Below, piece after piece: positions 1 to 9,591 of a DNA stretch of 64,000 bases (position 1 is its first letter; each line of letters starts with the position of its first letter). The DNA comes from Minisyncoccota bacterium (lineage in GTDB: Bacteria; Patescibacteriota; Minisyncoccia; Phycocordibacterales; UBA9973): NCBI GenBank assembly GCA_041648595.1, contig JBAZOQ010000001.1, forward strand, positions 14,002-78,001, in the 5' to 3' direction. The notes beneath the pieces were generated by a model, which saw only the letters and a list, made by a program, of their open reading frames with translations, was not told the DNA's origin and searched no databases. The translations under genes were made by a program, and so were the position numbers.

Positions 1-1
1 G

Positions 2-3000
2 ACAGATAATGTAGGTGGTTCAGGAATTGGTTCTGTTAAAATTTCTATAAAAGATACAGATGTATCTGTCGCCAAATGGTATAGTGGGACATCTTTTACA
101 GATGTTACAGAAACATATATTACTACTACAGGTACAAATACTTGGAGTTTTAATTCTTCAACAGTACCATTAGTGATAGATCATACTTATTTAGTTCATA
201 TCAAATCTATAGATAGTGCATTAAATGAAGAGAGCCCTGTTCAAGCTCTTTCATTTAAATTTGTAAATTCTCCTCCAGTAGTTTCTAATGTGACAGCTTC
301 TATGGCTTTAAGTGGAGTAGTGACAGTTGGATATGATGTCACAGATGTTGAATCAACGCAGACTACAAATTCTTTATTTTATACAATTGGAGCTACGCTT
401 AATGGAACAATAACAAGTGGAGCAACATCACTTACAGTTTCTGATGCGACACTTTTTGGAGCTTCTGGAACTATTTTGATAGATGATGAGATGATATCTT
501 ATGCAAGTAAGTCGGGAAATATTTTACAGACTCTTACAAGAGGAGCAAATAGTACTACAGCATTTGCACATACTACAGGAGCTTTAATTTATTTAAATGC
601 AGCTTCTGCTACAGGTACTGGTATTGGATTGTCTAATAAAGGAACTGGAAAAGTAATAACTTGGACAGCTAGAACAGATGCAGATGGATATGAAAATGCA
701 ACTGAAACAATTAAGGTTGTTGCGAATGATGGATCTGCTGGATCTATGATAGGGTCACTCGCTTCTTCTGCATTTATTTTTGATGCAAAGAAACCTACTG
801 CGGTAGTCACATTTGATGCTGGAAGTGCAGGTGTGGTAGATAGTGCAACTATTACCATCCCAATGCCAACAGATATTTCAGCGGTAGAATATTTAATTAC
901 TGATGGTGCTTCAGAGGCAGATGGAACGACGAGTGGATGGACAAGTATTACGACTAGCACGACTATACCTTGGACATTTGATTCTGGTATTGAAATAAAG
1001 AATTTAAAATATCAATATAGAGATGCTTATGGAAACACGACAACAGAAACTATAACATCTACTTTGTCTCCAATTCTTGCAAGTTCATTTTTAGTGCAAG
1101 ATACTTCTAACATAACTATTCCATCTTATGATATGTATATCGGGTGGAAAGCATTAGTAGATACTACAGGTTTCTCTTCTTATAAATTAGAATATGCGAC
1201 ATCTACTAATAATGTGACTTATGGATCTTATTCACCAGTTGGTGATGGAATGTCTAATCCTGTCACAAATTATTATGTTCATAGAAATTTGGATTCTACA
1301 AAGTTTTATAGATATCGTCTTGGAGTAACAGGAACTGATGGAAATACTTCTATTCGTGCAGGATCATTTACTACAGCTAAACCAGATGGAGTTCAAAATT
1401 ATGGTGAAGGAGGAGGTGGAAGTGTGGCTACTGCATCAAAAGTAGAAAATGTTGTTCCAACGCAAAATGCTACAACTAAAGATGTCACTGTTACTTATAG
1501 ATTGACAGATACTTCTTTGGCTCAAAAAGTTAGTGTTTCTTATCAAGCTCGAGTATTTTATAATATAGGAATTACTTTACCATCTAATGCATATTCTGGA
1601 GGAAATCTTACAGTATCTGATGCGTCTAAGTTAAAAGATTCTGGATATATTCAAATAAATAATGAAGTAATACAGTATACAGGTAAGACTGGAAATATTT
1701 TGACTGGTCTTACTCGTGGTACATGGCCTACAGCACCTCGTGCAACAAGACAGAATCTTACATTCTTTGCTGGTACTCCGGTATGGGTGATGGCGACTAC
1801 GACGACACCTACAGCTATCACAAATACTACAATATCTACAGGACAAGATGGATCAATAACATGGTCTACATATGGTGAACCTTCTCTCGCGGGAAGTTCA
1901 TATACTAACGTTGGAATAAGAGTGTTAGTTCACGACAATCAAGATCCTGGAGTTGGTCCTATTTCAAGTCAAAATGACTATTCAGAAAATGGAATATTAA
2001 ATACTTTTGATTTAACTGTACCGACTATTACGTTTGATGCAACAAGTTCTACTGGAGCTGAAAGTGTAACCTCTGTAAACTTTGGATTAACTCTTGCTAG
2101 AGCGTATCCAGTTAATTCTACCGTCAACTATACAGTCACTGGTACAGCTACCGGAGGCGGAGTAGACTATACTCTTGCAAATGGAACTGCAACAATTACT
2201 GCTGGAAGTACAACTACTAATATCACAGCAACAATTGTTAATGATATTATTTATGAATCAAGTGAGACAATAATAGTTACAATTTCAAGTCCAACAAACG
2301 CAATATTGGGAGCTAATACAGTTCATACATATACAATCACAGACAATGACACTGTTTCAACAATTGCATTTAATACAACTTCATCTAACGGCCTAGAAAG
2401 TGTAACGGCAGTAACTATTCCAGTTACTATTTCAGCAGTTTCAGGAGCAGATACAACCGTTGATTATACAGTTACTGGTACAGCCACAGGAAGTGGAGCA
2501 GACTATACATTAGCAAATGGAACTGCAACAATTACAGCAGGAAGTACTACTACAAATATTTCTTTAGTTATTGTAGACGATGCTATTAATGAACTTAATG
2601 AAACAATTATTGTTACATTATCTAATCCAAGTGGTGCAACTCTCGGAACAAATACAGCTCATACTTATACAATCACAGACAACGATACTGCATCAACAAT
2701 TGCATTCACTGCAGCAACATTAAATGGTTTAGAAAGTGTAACAGCAGTAACTATTCCAGTTTCTCTTTCTCTTGCTTCATATCAAGATATTACTGTTAAC
2801 TATGCAGTCACAGGTGGAACAGCCACTGGAAGTGGAACAGACTATACTCTTGCATCAGGGGTAGCAACAATTACTGCAGGACAAACTACAACAAATATTT
2901 CAGTAACGGTTGTAAATGATTCTTTGCAAGAATCTAGCGAAACTATTATTGTAACTTTAGCTACTCCTTCAAATGCAACTTTGGGAACAAATACAGCTCA

Positions 3001-6000
3001 TACATATACAATTACCGATGATGATAGTACTCCAACAATTGCATTTACCACAACCTCAGGAATTGGAGCAGAAAGCGTAACTCCAGTAAGTATTGGAGTA
3101 ACTCTTTCAGCAGTTTCTGGATTAGATACAACTGTTGCCTATACTCTAACAGGTACAGCCACAGGAAGTGGAACAGACTATACATTAGCAAGTGGAACAG
3201 CAACAATTACAGCTGGACAAACCACTACAAGTATTTCTCTGGTTATTATAGACGATATACTTAGTGAAGTTAGCGAAACTGCTATCTTAACATTATCCAG
3301 TTCAACTAATTCAACTCTCGGAGTTAACACAACTTATACCTATACAATTACAGACAACGACACTGATCCTACAGTAGCATTCACGGCAGCTTCTTCAAAT
3401 GGATTAGAAAGTGTAACTCCAGTAAATCTTGAAGTTTCTATAGCAGCAGCTTCTTCTAAAAACATAACAGTTGGTTATGCAGTTACCGGAGGTACTGCAA
3501 CTTCAGGTGTTGACTATATTCTTGCTTCAGGAACAGCAACAATTACTGCAGGACAAACTACAACAAATATTTCACTCACTGTCATAAATGATACTCTTAA
3601 GGAATCAAATGAAACTGTAATTGTAACTTTATCTACTCCTTCAAATGCAACTTTGGGAACAAATACAGCTCATACTTATACCATTACAGATAATGACACT
3701 TTTCCAACATTAAGTTTCAACGCTACAACAAGTCAAAGTAATGAAGACGTTAACACTGTAGATATTCCTGTATCTATTACATCTATATATCCAGAAAATG
3801 TAACTTTCTCTTATGCTGTTACAAGTGGTACAGCTACAGGTGGATCAGTTGATTATTTACTAGAAAATGGAACAGGTACAATTACAGCAGGTCAAACATC
3901 TACAAATATTCATATAACTGTTTTTGATGATGAGATTTCTGAAAATACAGAAACAATCGTAATAACTATTTCAAATCCAACGAATGCTACTCTTGGAGCT
4001 AATACAATTCATGCTTACTCTATCTTAGATAATGAAATAGCTGTTACAGCAGCAAGTGGTAGTAATATTAAATCAACAAGTGCTCGTATTGTTTGGACGA
4101 CAGCTGATTACACTGATAGTACTATAGAATATGGTACAGTAGCTCCTCCTGGTACAGAAGGGTCTTTGCCATATACTTTGTCTAAGTCAAATTCAGAGAA
4201 AGTATTATCTCATAATATTTATTTAGGAAATTTAACTCCTTCTACAACTTATTATTATAAATTAACTTCAGTTAATTTAGCAGAAGAAACAACAATTTAC
4301 GAATCAGAATTTACAACTACTCCTGGACCTATTATTAGTAATGTTACATCAAGTGGTGCTACTGATATAGGAGTTGTTATCACTTGGACTTCAAATATTC
4401 CTACAACATCTTATGTTAGTTATTCTACTGATGTAGACTTAGCAAGTCCTACATTATCTTCTGTTTCAGAAGAATTAGTTACCGAACATACTGTTACTTT
4501 AACAGGATTAAATTCTGATAGCACTTATTATTATTTAGTGTATGGAGTAGATGCAGATACAAATGTAGGTGAAGATGCAAATGGTGGCAGTTATTATAAT
4601 TTTGCAACAGGGGCAGATCAAACAGCTCCCGTGATTACAGGAGAGATTACTACACCTATCATTACTGCGACTCAAGCTGCTATTTTATGGACAACTAATG
4701 AAGTTGCAAATGGTAAGGTTATGTATGGAACAAGTGCTGATACTTATGATGATGAAACAGATTTGATATCAACACCATTATTAAATCACATAGCGATCAT
4801 TAGTGATTTAACAGCTACGACAAAATATTATTATGTAGTTGTGTCAGCTGATGCAAACGGTAATACCGTAACATCTGATGAAAAAGAATTAACAACAGCT
4901 GAAGTTGAGCAAGTAATTGTAAGTAGCGGTGGAGGTGGTGGAGGTGGAATTATTGGTGTTGCTCAAGAAATTTATAATCTTTTGCTTGCTGAGAATCAAA
5001 AATATATAGCTAAATTTGGTAGTGATACTAATATCCCGGTTATTACAAATATTAAAGTTGATAGTATTACTGCTTTTGGTGCAATTATTTCGTATGAAAC
5101 AAGTGAAGATACAATATCATTTATTGAATATGGTAAAGATACAGATTACGGTTTTATAGCAGCAGATAAAAATTGGTCAAAAAATCATATAATAAAGGTG
5201 AAAGGATTAAATTTAGGTACAGAATATGATTTTAAAATTAGTGCAATGGATAGAACAAATGATTTTGGTTTTTCTGATAATCAGACCTTCACCACTAAAT
5301 TCTTAAGTGAAGATCTTGCTGAATTAAAAAAGATAGAAAACATAGAACAATTCCAAGCAGAAATAGAAGCAACGATAGAATCAATACTTCCATCTCTTGT
5401 TCCACCATTTATTGATAAACCAGTCGTATCTGATATTACAGAGAGTAGTGCAACAGTAACATTCCGTACAAACATTAAATCTTACCCAGTATTAAGTTAT
5501 ACAACTGATGCTAATTATGATAAAACAAAGACTAATCCATATGATGGAGAAATGTCAGATACTTCAGAAAAAAGTGTTTCTCATACAATGTCTCTTATTG
5601 GATTAAAATCTAATACAAAATATCACGTAATGGCAAAAGCATATTCCTTACCTCAAGTTATTGGTAAATCGGAAGACTTTACATTTATAACAGCTGCTTC
5701 AAAGATTCAGGGATCTATTGTTGATGTTAAGAAAGATATGTTTACAGTTATGTGGACTACAGATGAACCTACTTCTTCTATTATTGAATACAAAAATATG
5801 AAAACTGGAAGAATTTCTCGTACTATTGATGATGTTCAAAATAATTCTCATTCAGTAAGAATTGAAAATCTTTCTCCTGGAACTTCTTATCAGGTTAATA
5901 TTTCAGGTATTAACCAAAAAGGTAATACAGTAGAAAGTGGTTCTTCGTTAAATGTTAAGACATCTACCGACAATACTGCACCAGAAATTTTTAATTTGAA

Positions 6001-6355
6001 AGTAAATAGTACTCTTCTTTCTGGACGAACAGATAAAGTTCAAACAATAATTTCTTGGCAGACTGATGAACCTTCGACTTCTTCTGTTTATTATGAAGAA
6101 GGTTCTGGGTCTTTAGAAAAAGCACTTTCGAACAAACAAGAGGAAGTAGAATTTACAAAAAATCACGTTGTTATATTGGCTTCTCTTAAACCAGGAACTG
6201 TTTATAGATTTACAGTAGAATCGATGGATGATGCAAACAATGTATCTAAACCACCAATTCGTACAATAATTACTCCTAAAAAGATAGAATCAATCGTTGA
6301 TGTTATATTTAAAAACTTTAATGAAACATTTAATTTTATAAATAATGTTAGATAG
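2..6355 (+). CDS. Giant surface/adhesin-like protein with six Calx-beta-type repeats and several Fn3/purple-acid-phosphatase-N-like domains; 5' end lies outside the window
   Basis: Frame is open from position 2 through the ORF-track start at 173. Thr/Ser-rich. Repeats of T.AF...SS.G.ES...V.Y.VTG.AT..G.DY.L..GT.TI.AG...DND, then W.T.E.....Y...H.V.L..L...T.Y.Y motifs. Confidence 0.8.
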   Translation, partial: TDNVGGSGIGSVKISIKDTDVSVAKWYSGTSFTDVTETYITTTGTNTWSFNSSTVPLVIDHTYLVHIKSIDSALNEESPVQALSFKFVNSPPVVSNVTASMALSGVVTVGYDVTDVESTQTTNSLFYTIGATLNGTITSGATSLTVSDATLFGASGTILIDDEMISYASKSGNILQTLTRGANSTTAFAHTTGALIYLNAASATGTGIGLSNKGTGKVITWTARTDADGYENATETIKVVANDGSAGSMIGSLASSAFIFDAKKPTAVVTFDAGSAGVVDSATITIPMPTDISAVEYLITDGASEADGTTSGWTSITTSTTIPWTFDSGIEIKNLKYQYRDAYGNTTTETITSTLSPILASSFLVQDTSNITIPSYDMYIGWKALVDTTGFSSYKLEYATSTNNVTYGSYSPVGDGMSNPVTNYYVHRNLDSTKFYRYRLGVTGTDGNTSIRAGSFTTAKPDGVQNYGEGGGGSVATASKVENVVPTQNATTKDVTVTYRLTDTSLAQKVSVSYQARVFYNIGITLPSNAYSGGNLTVSDASKLKDSGYIQINNEVIQYTGKTGNILTGLTRGTWPTAPRATRQNLTFFAGTPVWVMATTTTPTAITNTTISTGQDGSITWSTYGEPSLAGSSYTNVGIRVLVHDNQDPGVGPISSQNDYSENGILNTFDLTVPTITFDATSSTGAESVTSVNFGLTLARAYPVNSTVNYTVTGTATGGGVDYTLANGTATITAGSTTTNITATIVNDIIYESSETIIVTISSPTNAILGANTVHTYTITDNDTVSTIAFNTTSSNGLESVTAVTIPVTISAVSGADTTVDYTVTGTATGSGADYTLANGTATITAGSTTTNISLVIVDDAINELNETIIVTLSNPSGATLGTNTAHTYTITDNDTASTIAFTAATLNGLESVTAVTIPVSLSLASYQDITVNYAVTGGTATGSGTDYTLASGVATITAGQTTTNISVTVVNDSLQESSETIIVTLATPSNATLGTNTAHTYTITDDDSTPTIAFTTTSGIGAESVTPVSIGVTLSAVSGLDTTVAYTLTGTATGSGTDYTLASGTATITAGQTTTSISLVIIDDILSEVSETAILTLSSSTNSTLGVNTTYTYTITDNDTDPTVAFTAASSNGLESVTPVNLEVSIAAASSKNITVGYAVTGGTATSGVDYILASGTATITAGQTTTNISLTVINDTLKESNETVIVTLSTPSNATLGTNTAHTYTITDNDTFPTLSFNATTSQSNEDVNTVDIPVSITSIYPENVTFSYAVTSGTATGGSVDYLLENGTGTITAGQTSTNIHITVFDDEISENTETIVITISNPTNATLGANTIHAYSILDNEIAVTAASGSNIKSTSARIVWTTADYTDSTIEYGTVAPPGTEGSLPYTLSKSNSEKVLSHNIYLGNLTPSTTYYYKLTSVNLAEETTIYESEFTTTPGPIISNVTSSGATDIGVVITWTSNIPTTSYVSYSTDVDLASPTLSSVSEELVTEHTVTLTGLNSDSTYYYLVYGVDADTNVGEDANGGSYYNFATGADQTAPVITGEITTPIITATQAAILWTTNEVANGKVMYGTSADTYDDETDLISTPLLNHIAIISDLTATTKYYYVVVSADANGNTVTSDEKELTTAEVEQVIVSSGGGGGGGIIGVAQEIYNLLLAENQKYIAKFGSDTNIPVITNIKVDSITAFGAIISYETSEDTISFIEYGKDTDYGFIAADKNWSKNHIIKVKGLNLGTEYDFKISAMDRTNDFGFSDNQTFTTKFLSEDLAELKKIENIEQFQAEIEATIESILPSLVPPFIDKPVVSDITESSATVTFRTNIKSYPVLSYTTDANYDKTKTNPYDGEMSDTSEKSVSHTMSLIGLKSNTKYHVMAKAYSLPQVIGKSEDFTFITAASKIQGSIVDVKKDMFTVMWTTDEPTSSIIEYKNMKTGRISRTIDDVQNNSHSVRIENLSPGTSYQVNISGINQKGNTVESGSSLNVKTSTDNTAPEIFNLKVNSTLLSGRTDKVQTIISWQTDEPSTSSVYYEEGSGSLEKALSNKQEEVEFTKNHVVILASLKPGTVYRFTVESMDDANNVSKPPIRTIITPKKIESIVDVIFKNFNETFNFINNVR
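2021..4035 (+). repeat. Six tandem ~112-aa (~335 bp) Calx-beta-like repeats inside the giant gene
   Basis: Repeated peptide units; near-identical DNA such as actccttcaaatgcaactttgggaacaaatacagctcatac at ~2963 and ~3635. Confidence 0.85.
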
Positions 6356-6423
6356 AGTTAAATTATAAAAAATATTAATCTTTTAAAGATTATTACTTCA
6401 TATGTTATAATCAAATTATTGTT

Positions 6424-6858
6424 ATGAATGTTAAGCAAAATGTAAGAAAAATCTTATTAATTGATAGTAATGAAATATTACGTATCTATTTCCGTGATAT
6501 ATTTTGGATACACGGTAATAATAATCTCTATGAAGTTGAGGTTGTTTCTTCTTTCGAAGAAGCAGAAAAAAAATTAGAATATAAGGATTCTAAACCTGAT
6601 ATTATTTTTTTGGATGTAGTAATGTCAATTAAAGGAGCTAAAAATAGTATTGAAAATGAAATAAATCGATCTGTATCTTTTATTAAAAAAATAAAGAATG
6701 ATAAAACTTTATCAGATATAAAGATAATTATTTATTCTGACCAGAAAGAAAAAGCAATAAAGGATAAAGTTGCTGAATTAGGCATTGAAGGTTATTTGAT
6801 AAAAGGAGAATTAATGCCAAAAGAGATAATAAAATTTGTTGATAAAATTTATGAGTGA
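6424..6858 (+). CDS. Single-domain response regulator receiver (CheY-like)
   Basis: KILLIDS...PDIIFLDVVM...IIIYS...GYLIKG receiver pattern. Confidence 0.85.
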   Translation: MNVKQNVRKILLIDSNEILRIYFRDIFWIHGNNNLYEVEVVSSFEEAEKKLEYKDSKPDIIFLDVVMSIKGAKNSIENEINRSVSFIKKIKNDKTLSDIKIIIYSDQKEKAIKDKVAELGIEGYLIKGELMPKEIIKFVDKIYE

Positions 6859-8200
6859 AATAATAAAAACTGAAAATTTAAATTTATGGTATGACAAGGG
6901 GAAACCAACAGAGGTTCATTCTCTTAAGGATGTAAATATAAGCATAGACAAAGGTGACTATGTATCTTTTTTCGGACCATCTGGTTGTGGTAAAACCAGT
7001 ATACTTTATGCTATTTCTGGTATTGATCGTTTTCAAGAAGGAAAGGTTTTTATCAATAATCGTGATATATCAGGACTTACAAATCAAGAACTCGCAATTT
7101 TTAGACAGACTGGTATAGGTATTGTTTTTCAGCAGTTTAATCTAGTACCATCTCTGACTGTTTTAAAAAATGTTGCTTTGCCGATGCTTTTTGTGGGTAT
7201 CTCTTCTGAGAAAGCTGATATTGAAGCACGTAAACTTATTGAAAGATTAGATATTCTTGATTATATTGATCGTTATCCTTTTGAACTTTCTGGTGGACAA
7301 CAACAAAGAGTTGGTATTGCTCGCGCACTTGCGAATGACCCACCTATAATTATAGCCGACGAGCCATTAGGAAACCTTGATTCTGTTAATGCAAAAAAAG
7401 TATTAAATTTCTTGAAAGAATTAAATGAAAAAGATGGACGAACTGTGATAATGGTTACACACGAAGCTTGGAGTTTGCGTGACGTTAAAACTATTTTTCA
7501 TATGAAAGATAGTGCTGTTACTGATATTCAAAAAGTAAAAAATACTACTACAGCTGATTCAATATCTAAACATCTAAATGAACAACTTTCTTATATGTCC
7601 TCATCTGATGATAAAAAAGAAGAATATCCTGAAGAGAAAATATCAGCTCGTATTTTAGCCAACTTTTTACTCCGTGGATATTCTATGGATGAGATTAGAC
7701 GTTTTGAATCTTTTGTAAATCAAAGATTTGAAAATAAAATAGATAAAAAAGAATTTCATAAATTTGCTAATATGCCATTTAAAGATGGTGGTGTTGGTCT
7801 TTGGAAGAAAAAAGCTGAAAGAGTGACACAATATTTAGAAGAAATTTTGGAAGAAAAAAAGAACGTTGAACATATATATGGTGTTTTAGAGAAAAATCCA
7901 GAAATGTCTATTTTTGATGAAATCCTCAGCATACGTAATTGGGTATTGGAAGGTTATACTGGTAAAATAACACCAACTCAAGCGGCAGCACTTGATCAAG
8001 TTATTTCTGATAGAATTAGGAATTTTATTCCAGCAGATAAAGTTGTTGAATTATTAGATCTTTCAAAAAATAAATTTGGTGTTGGTCTATCTTTCCGTGC
8101 TGCTCAAACAATATCTGAAAAATTAGAATTATTGTTTAGTGAAGATAATACAGAAATTAATACTGAAACTGATAGCAAAGATTTTGAAAAAAAGTTATAA
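6851..8200 (+). CDS. ABC transporter ATP-binding protein (LolD/MacB type) with ~210-aa C-terminal extension
   Basis: Walker A GPSGCGKT, LSGGQQQRV, IIADEP, VTH. ATG at 6851 overlaps the upstream gene end. Confidence 0.9.
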   Translation: MSEIIKTENLNLWYDKGKPTEVHSLKDVNISIDKGDYVSFFGPSGCGKTSILYAISGIDRFQEGKVFINNRDISGLTNQELAIFRQTGIGIVFQQFNLVPSLTVLKNVALPMLFVGISSEKADIEARKLIERLDILDYIDRYPFELSGGQQQRVGIARALANDPPIIIADEPLGNLDSVNAKKVLNFLKELNEKDGRTVIMVTHEAWSLRDVKTIFHMKDSAVTDIQKVKNTTTADSISKHLNEQLSYMSSSDDKKEEYPEEKISARILANFLLRGYSMDEIRRFESFVNQRFENKIDKKEFHKFANMPFKDGGVGLWKKKAERVTQYLEEILEEKKNVEHIYGVLEKNPEMSIFDEILSIRNWVLEGYTGKITPTQAAALDQVISDRIRNFIPADKVVELLDLSKNKFGVGLSFRAAQTISEKLELLFSEDNTEINTETDSKDFEKKL

Positions 8201-8210
8201 TAGTTTAGTG

Positions 8211-9422
8211 ATGTCTGATAAGAAATTAAAAATAATTGAATTATTGTCTCTTTCTCTTAGAACTTTTCGTATAAAACCCCAAAGAGCTATTTTGACTATT
8301 TTAGGTATGTCTGTCGGTATAGCGACAGTTCTTTTGTTGGTTTCTCTTGGTTATGGTCTTCAATATATTTTGATTGGTAAGCTTATGACCACAGAAGATT
8401 CATTAATAACTATGGAGATTTCTTATCCATCAGAAAGTAATGCTTTAATTAAAAAGCCATTATTAGACGAAATAAGAACATATGGAGACGTTGCAGAAGT
8501 TAGCCCGGTTGCTGAATTTCCTGGTGAAATAAGTAGAGAGGGAGGTTCTGGGCTTTTAGTTAATACAAGTATTGTTGAACCAGCTTATTTTAGATTATCT
8601 GGGTTGCTTCCCAATATTGGTAGTTTGCCTGGAGATCAAGAACAAGGTTTTGTGATATCTAGTCAAACATTAATACCACTTAATCTTGTTGGTGATGCTA
8701 CTTCATTAGATAAACCTTTTAATTTTAAAGTTTTTTATCAGGATGATAAAAATAATACTTTTGAAGAAACAAATTCTTTAGCTCCGATAAAAATAAAAGG
8801 TATTATTAGTGATGAATCAATGCCACCAACCACTATAGTTTTTGCAAAATCTTTTTCTCAAGAACCACCTTTTTATAGGAAAGCTCTTGTGAAAGCAAAA
8901 AGTATTGATGTGCTGGAAGCGCTTCGTGATAAATTTTTAAGTGAAGGTTTTTTAGTTTCTGCTCGCATTGATCTTGTAACACAAGCTAGAAAAATCACAA
9001 ATATTATAACTATTATTTTAGGTATTTTTGGAGTGACTGCATTGGTTGTCTCTGCAATTGGTATGTTTAATACAATGCTTGTCGGTTTCTTGGAACGTAT
9101 TTACGAAGTTGGAATTTTAAAATCTATTGGAGCTACTGATTATGATGTACGTAACTTGTTTTTGGTTGAAGCATCACTAATGGGTATTTTAGGTGGTTTT
9201 GGGGGTATTATAATTGGTATTGGAGGGGGTAAAATTTTGAATTTTTTAGTTAGTGCTTTATCAATAAAATTTGGAGGTGGTTCGATTGATCTATTTCTTA
9301 CACCATGGTGGTTTGTTTTTTTGATTTTGGCTTTTTCGGCTGTAATTGGTTTTATTTCTGGTTGGTGGCCAGCCCACAGAGCTGCTGGCTTGTCTCCAAA
9401 GGAAGCATTTACTAAAAAATAA
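8211..9422 (+). CDS. MacB/FtsX-family ABC transporter permease
   Basis: R..LT.LG...G N-terminal helix, ER..E.GILKSIGA and WPAHRAA.LSP C-terminal motifs. Confidence 0.9.
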   Translation: MSDKKLKIIELLSLSLRTFRIKPQRAILTILGMSVGIATVLLLVSLGYGLQYILIGKLMTTEDSLITMEISYPSESNALIKKPLLDEIRTYGDVAEVSPVAEFPGEISREGGSGLLVNTSIVEPAYFRLSGLLPNIGSLPGDQEQGFVISSQTLIPLNLVGDATSLDKPFNFKVFYQDDKNNTFEETNSLAPIKIKGIISDESMPPTTIVFAKSFSQEPPFYRKALVKAKSIDVLEALRDKFLSEGFLVSARIDLVTQARKITNIITIILGIFGVTALVVSAIGMFNTMLVGFLERIYEVGILKSIGATDYDVRNLFLVEASLMGILGGFGGIIIGIGGGKILNFLVSALSIKFGGGSIDLFLTPWWFVFLILAFSAVIGFISGWWPAHRAAGLSPKEAFTKK

Positions 9423-9463
9423 TTTTTATAATATATTTTATATATTTGTGTTATATTAAAACG

Positions 9464-9591
9464 ATGGATCCCGTTAGAGATTAAATAGTTATTTTTTCGG
9501 GATTTATTTAAGTTAGCTCTTGTAACTAATTTTATTATTAAATATTAATTTAAGGTACGGAAATCTAAAGATTTCCTATCTCTAACGGGAT
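9464..9591 (+). repeat. Start-codon hairpin element, family A, upstream of lepA
   Basis: ATGGAT-CCCGTTAGAGAT...ATCTCTAACGGG-ATGGAT; perfect 14-bp inverted repeat 9468-9481/9578-9591. Confidence 0.9.
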
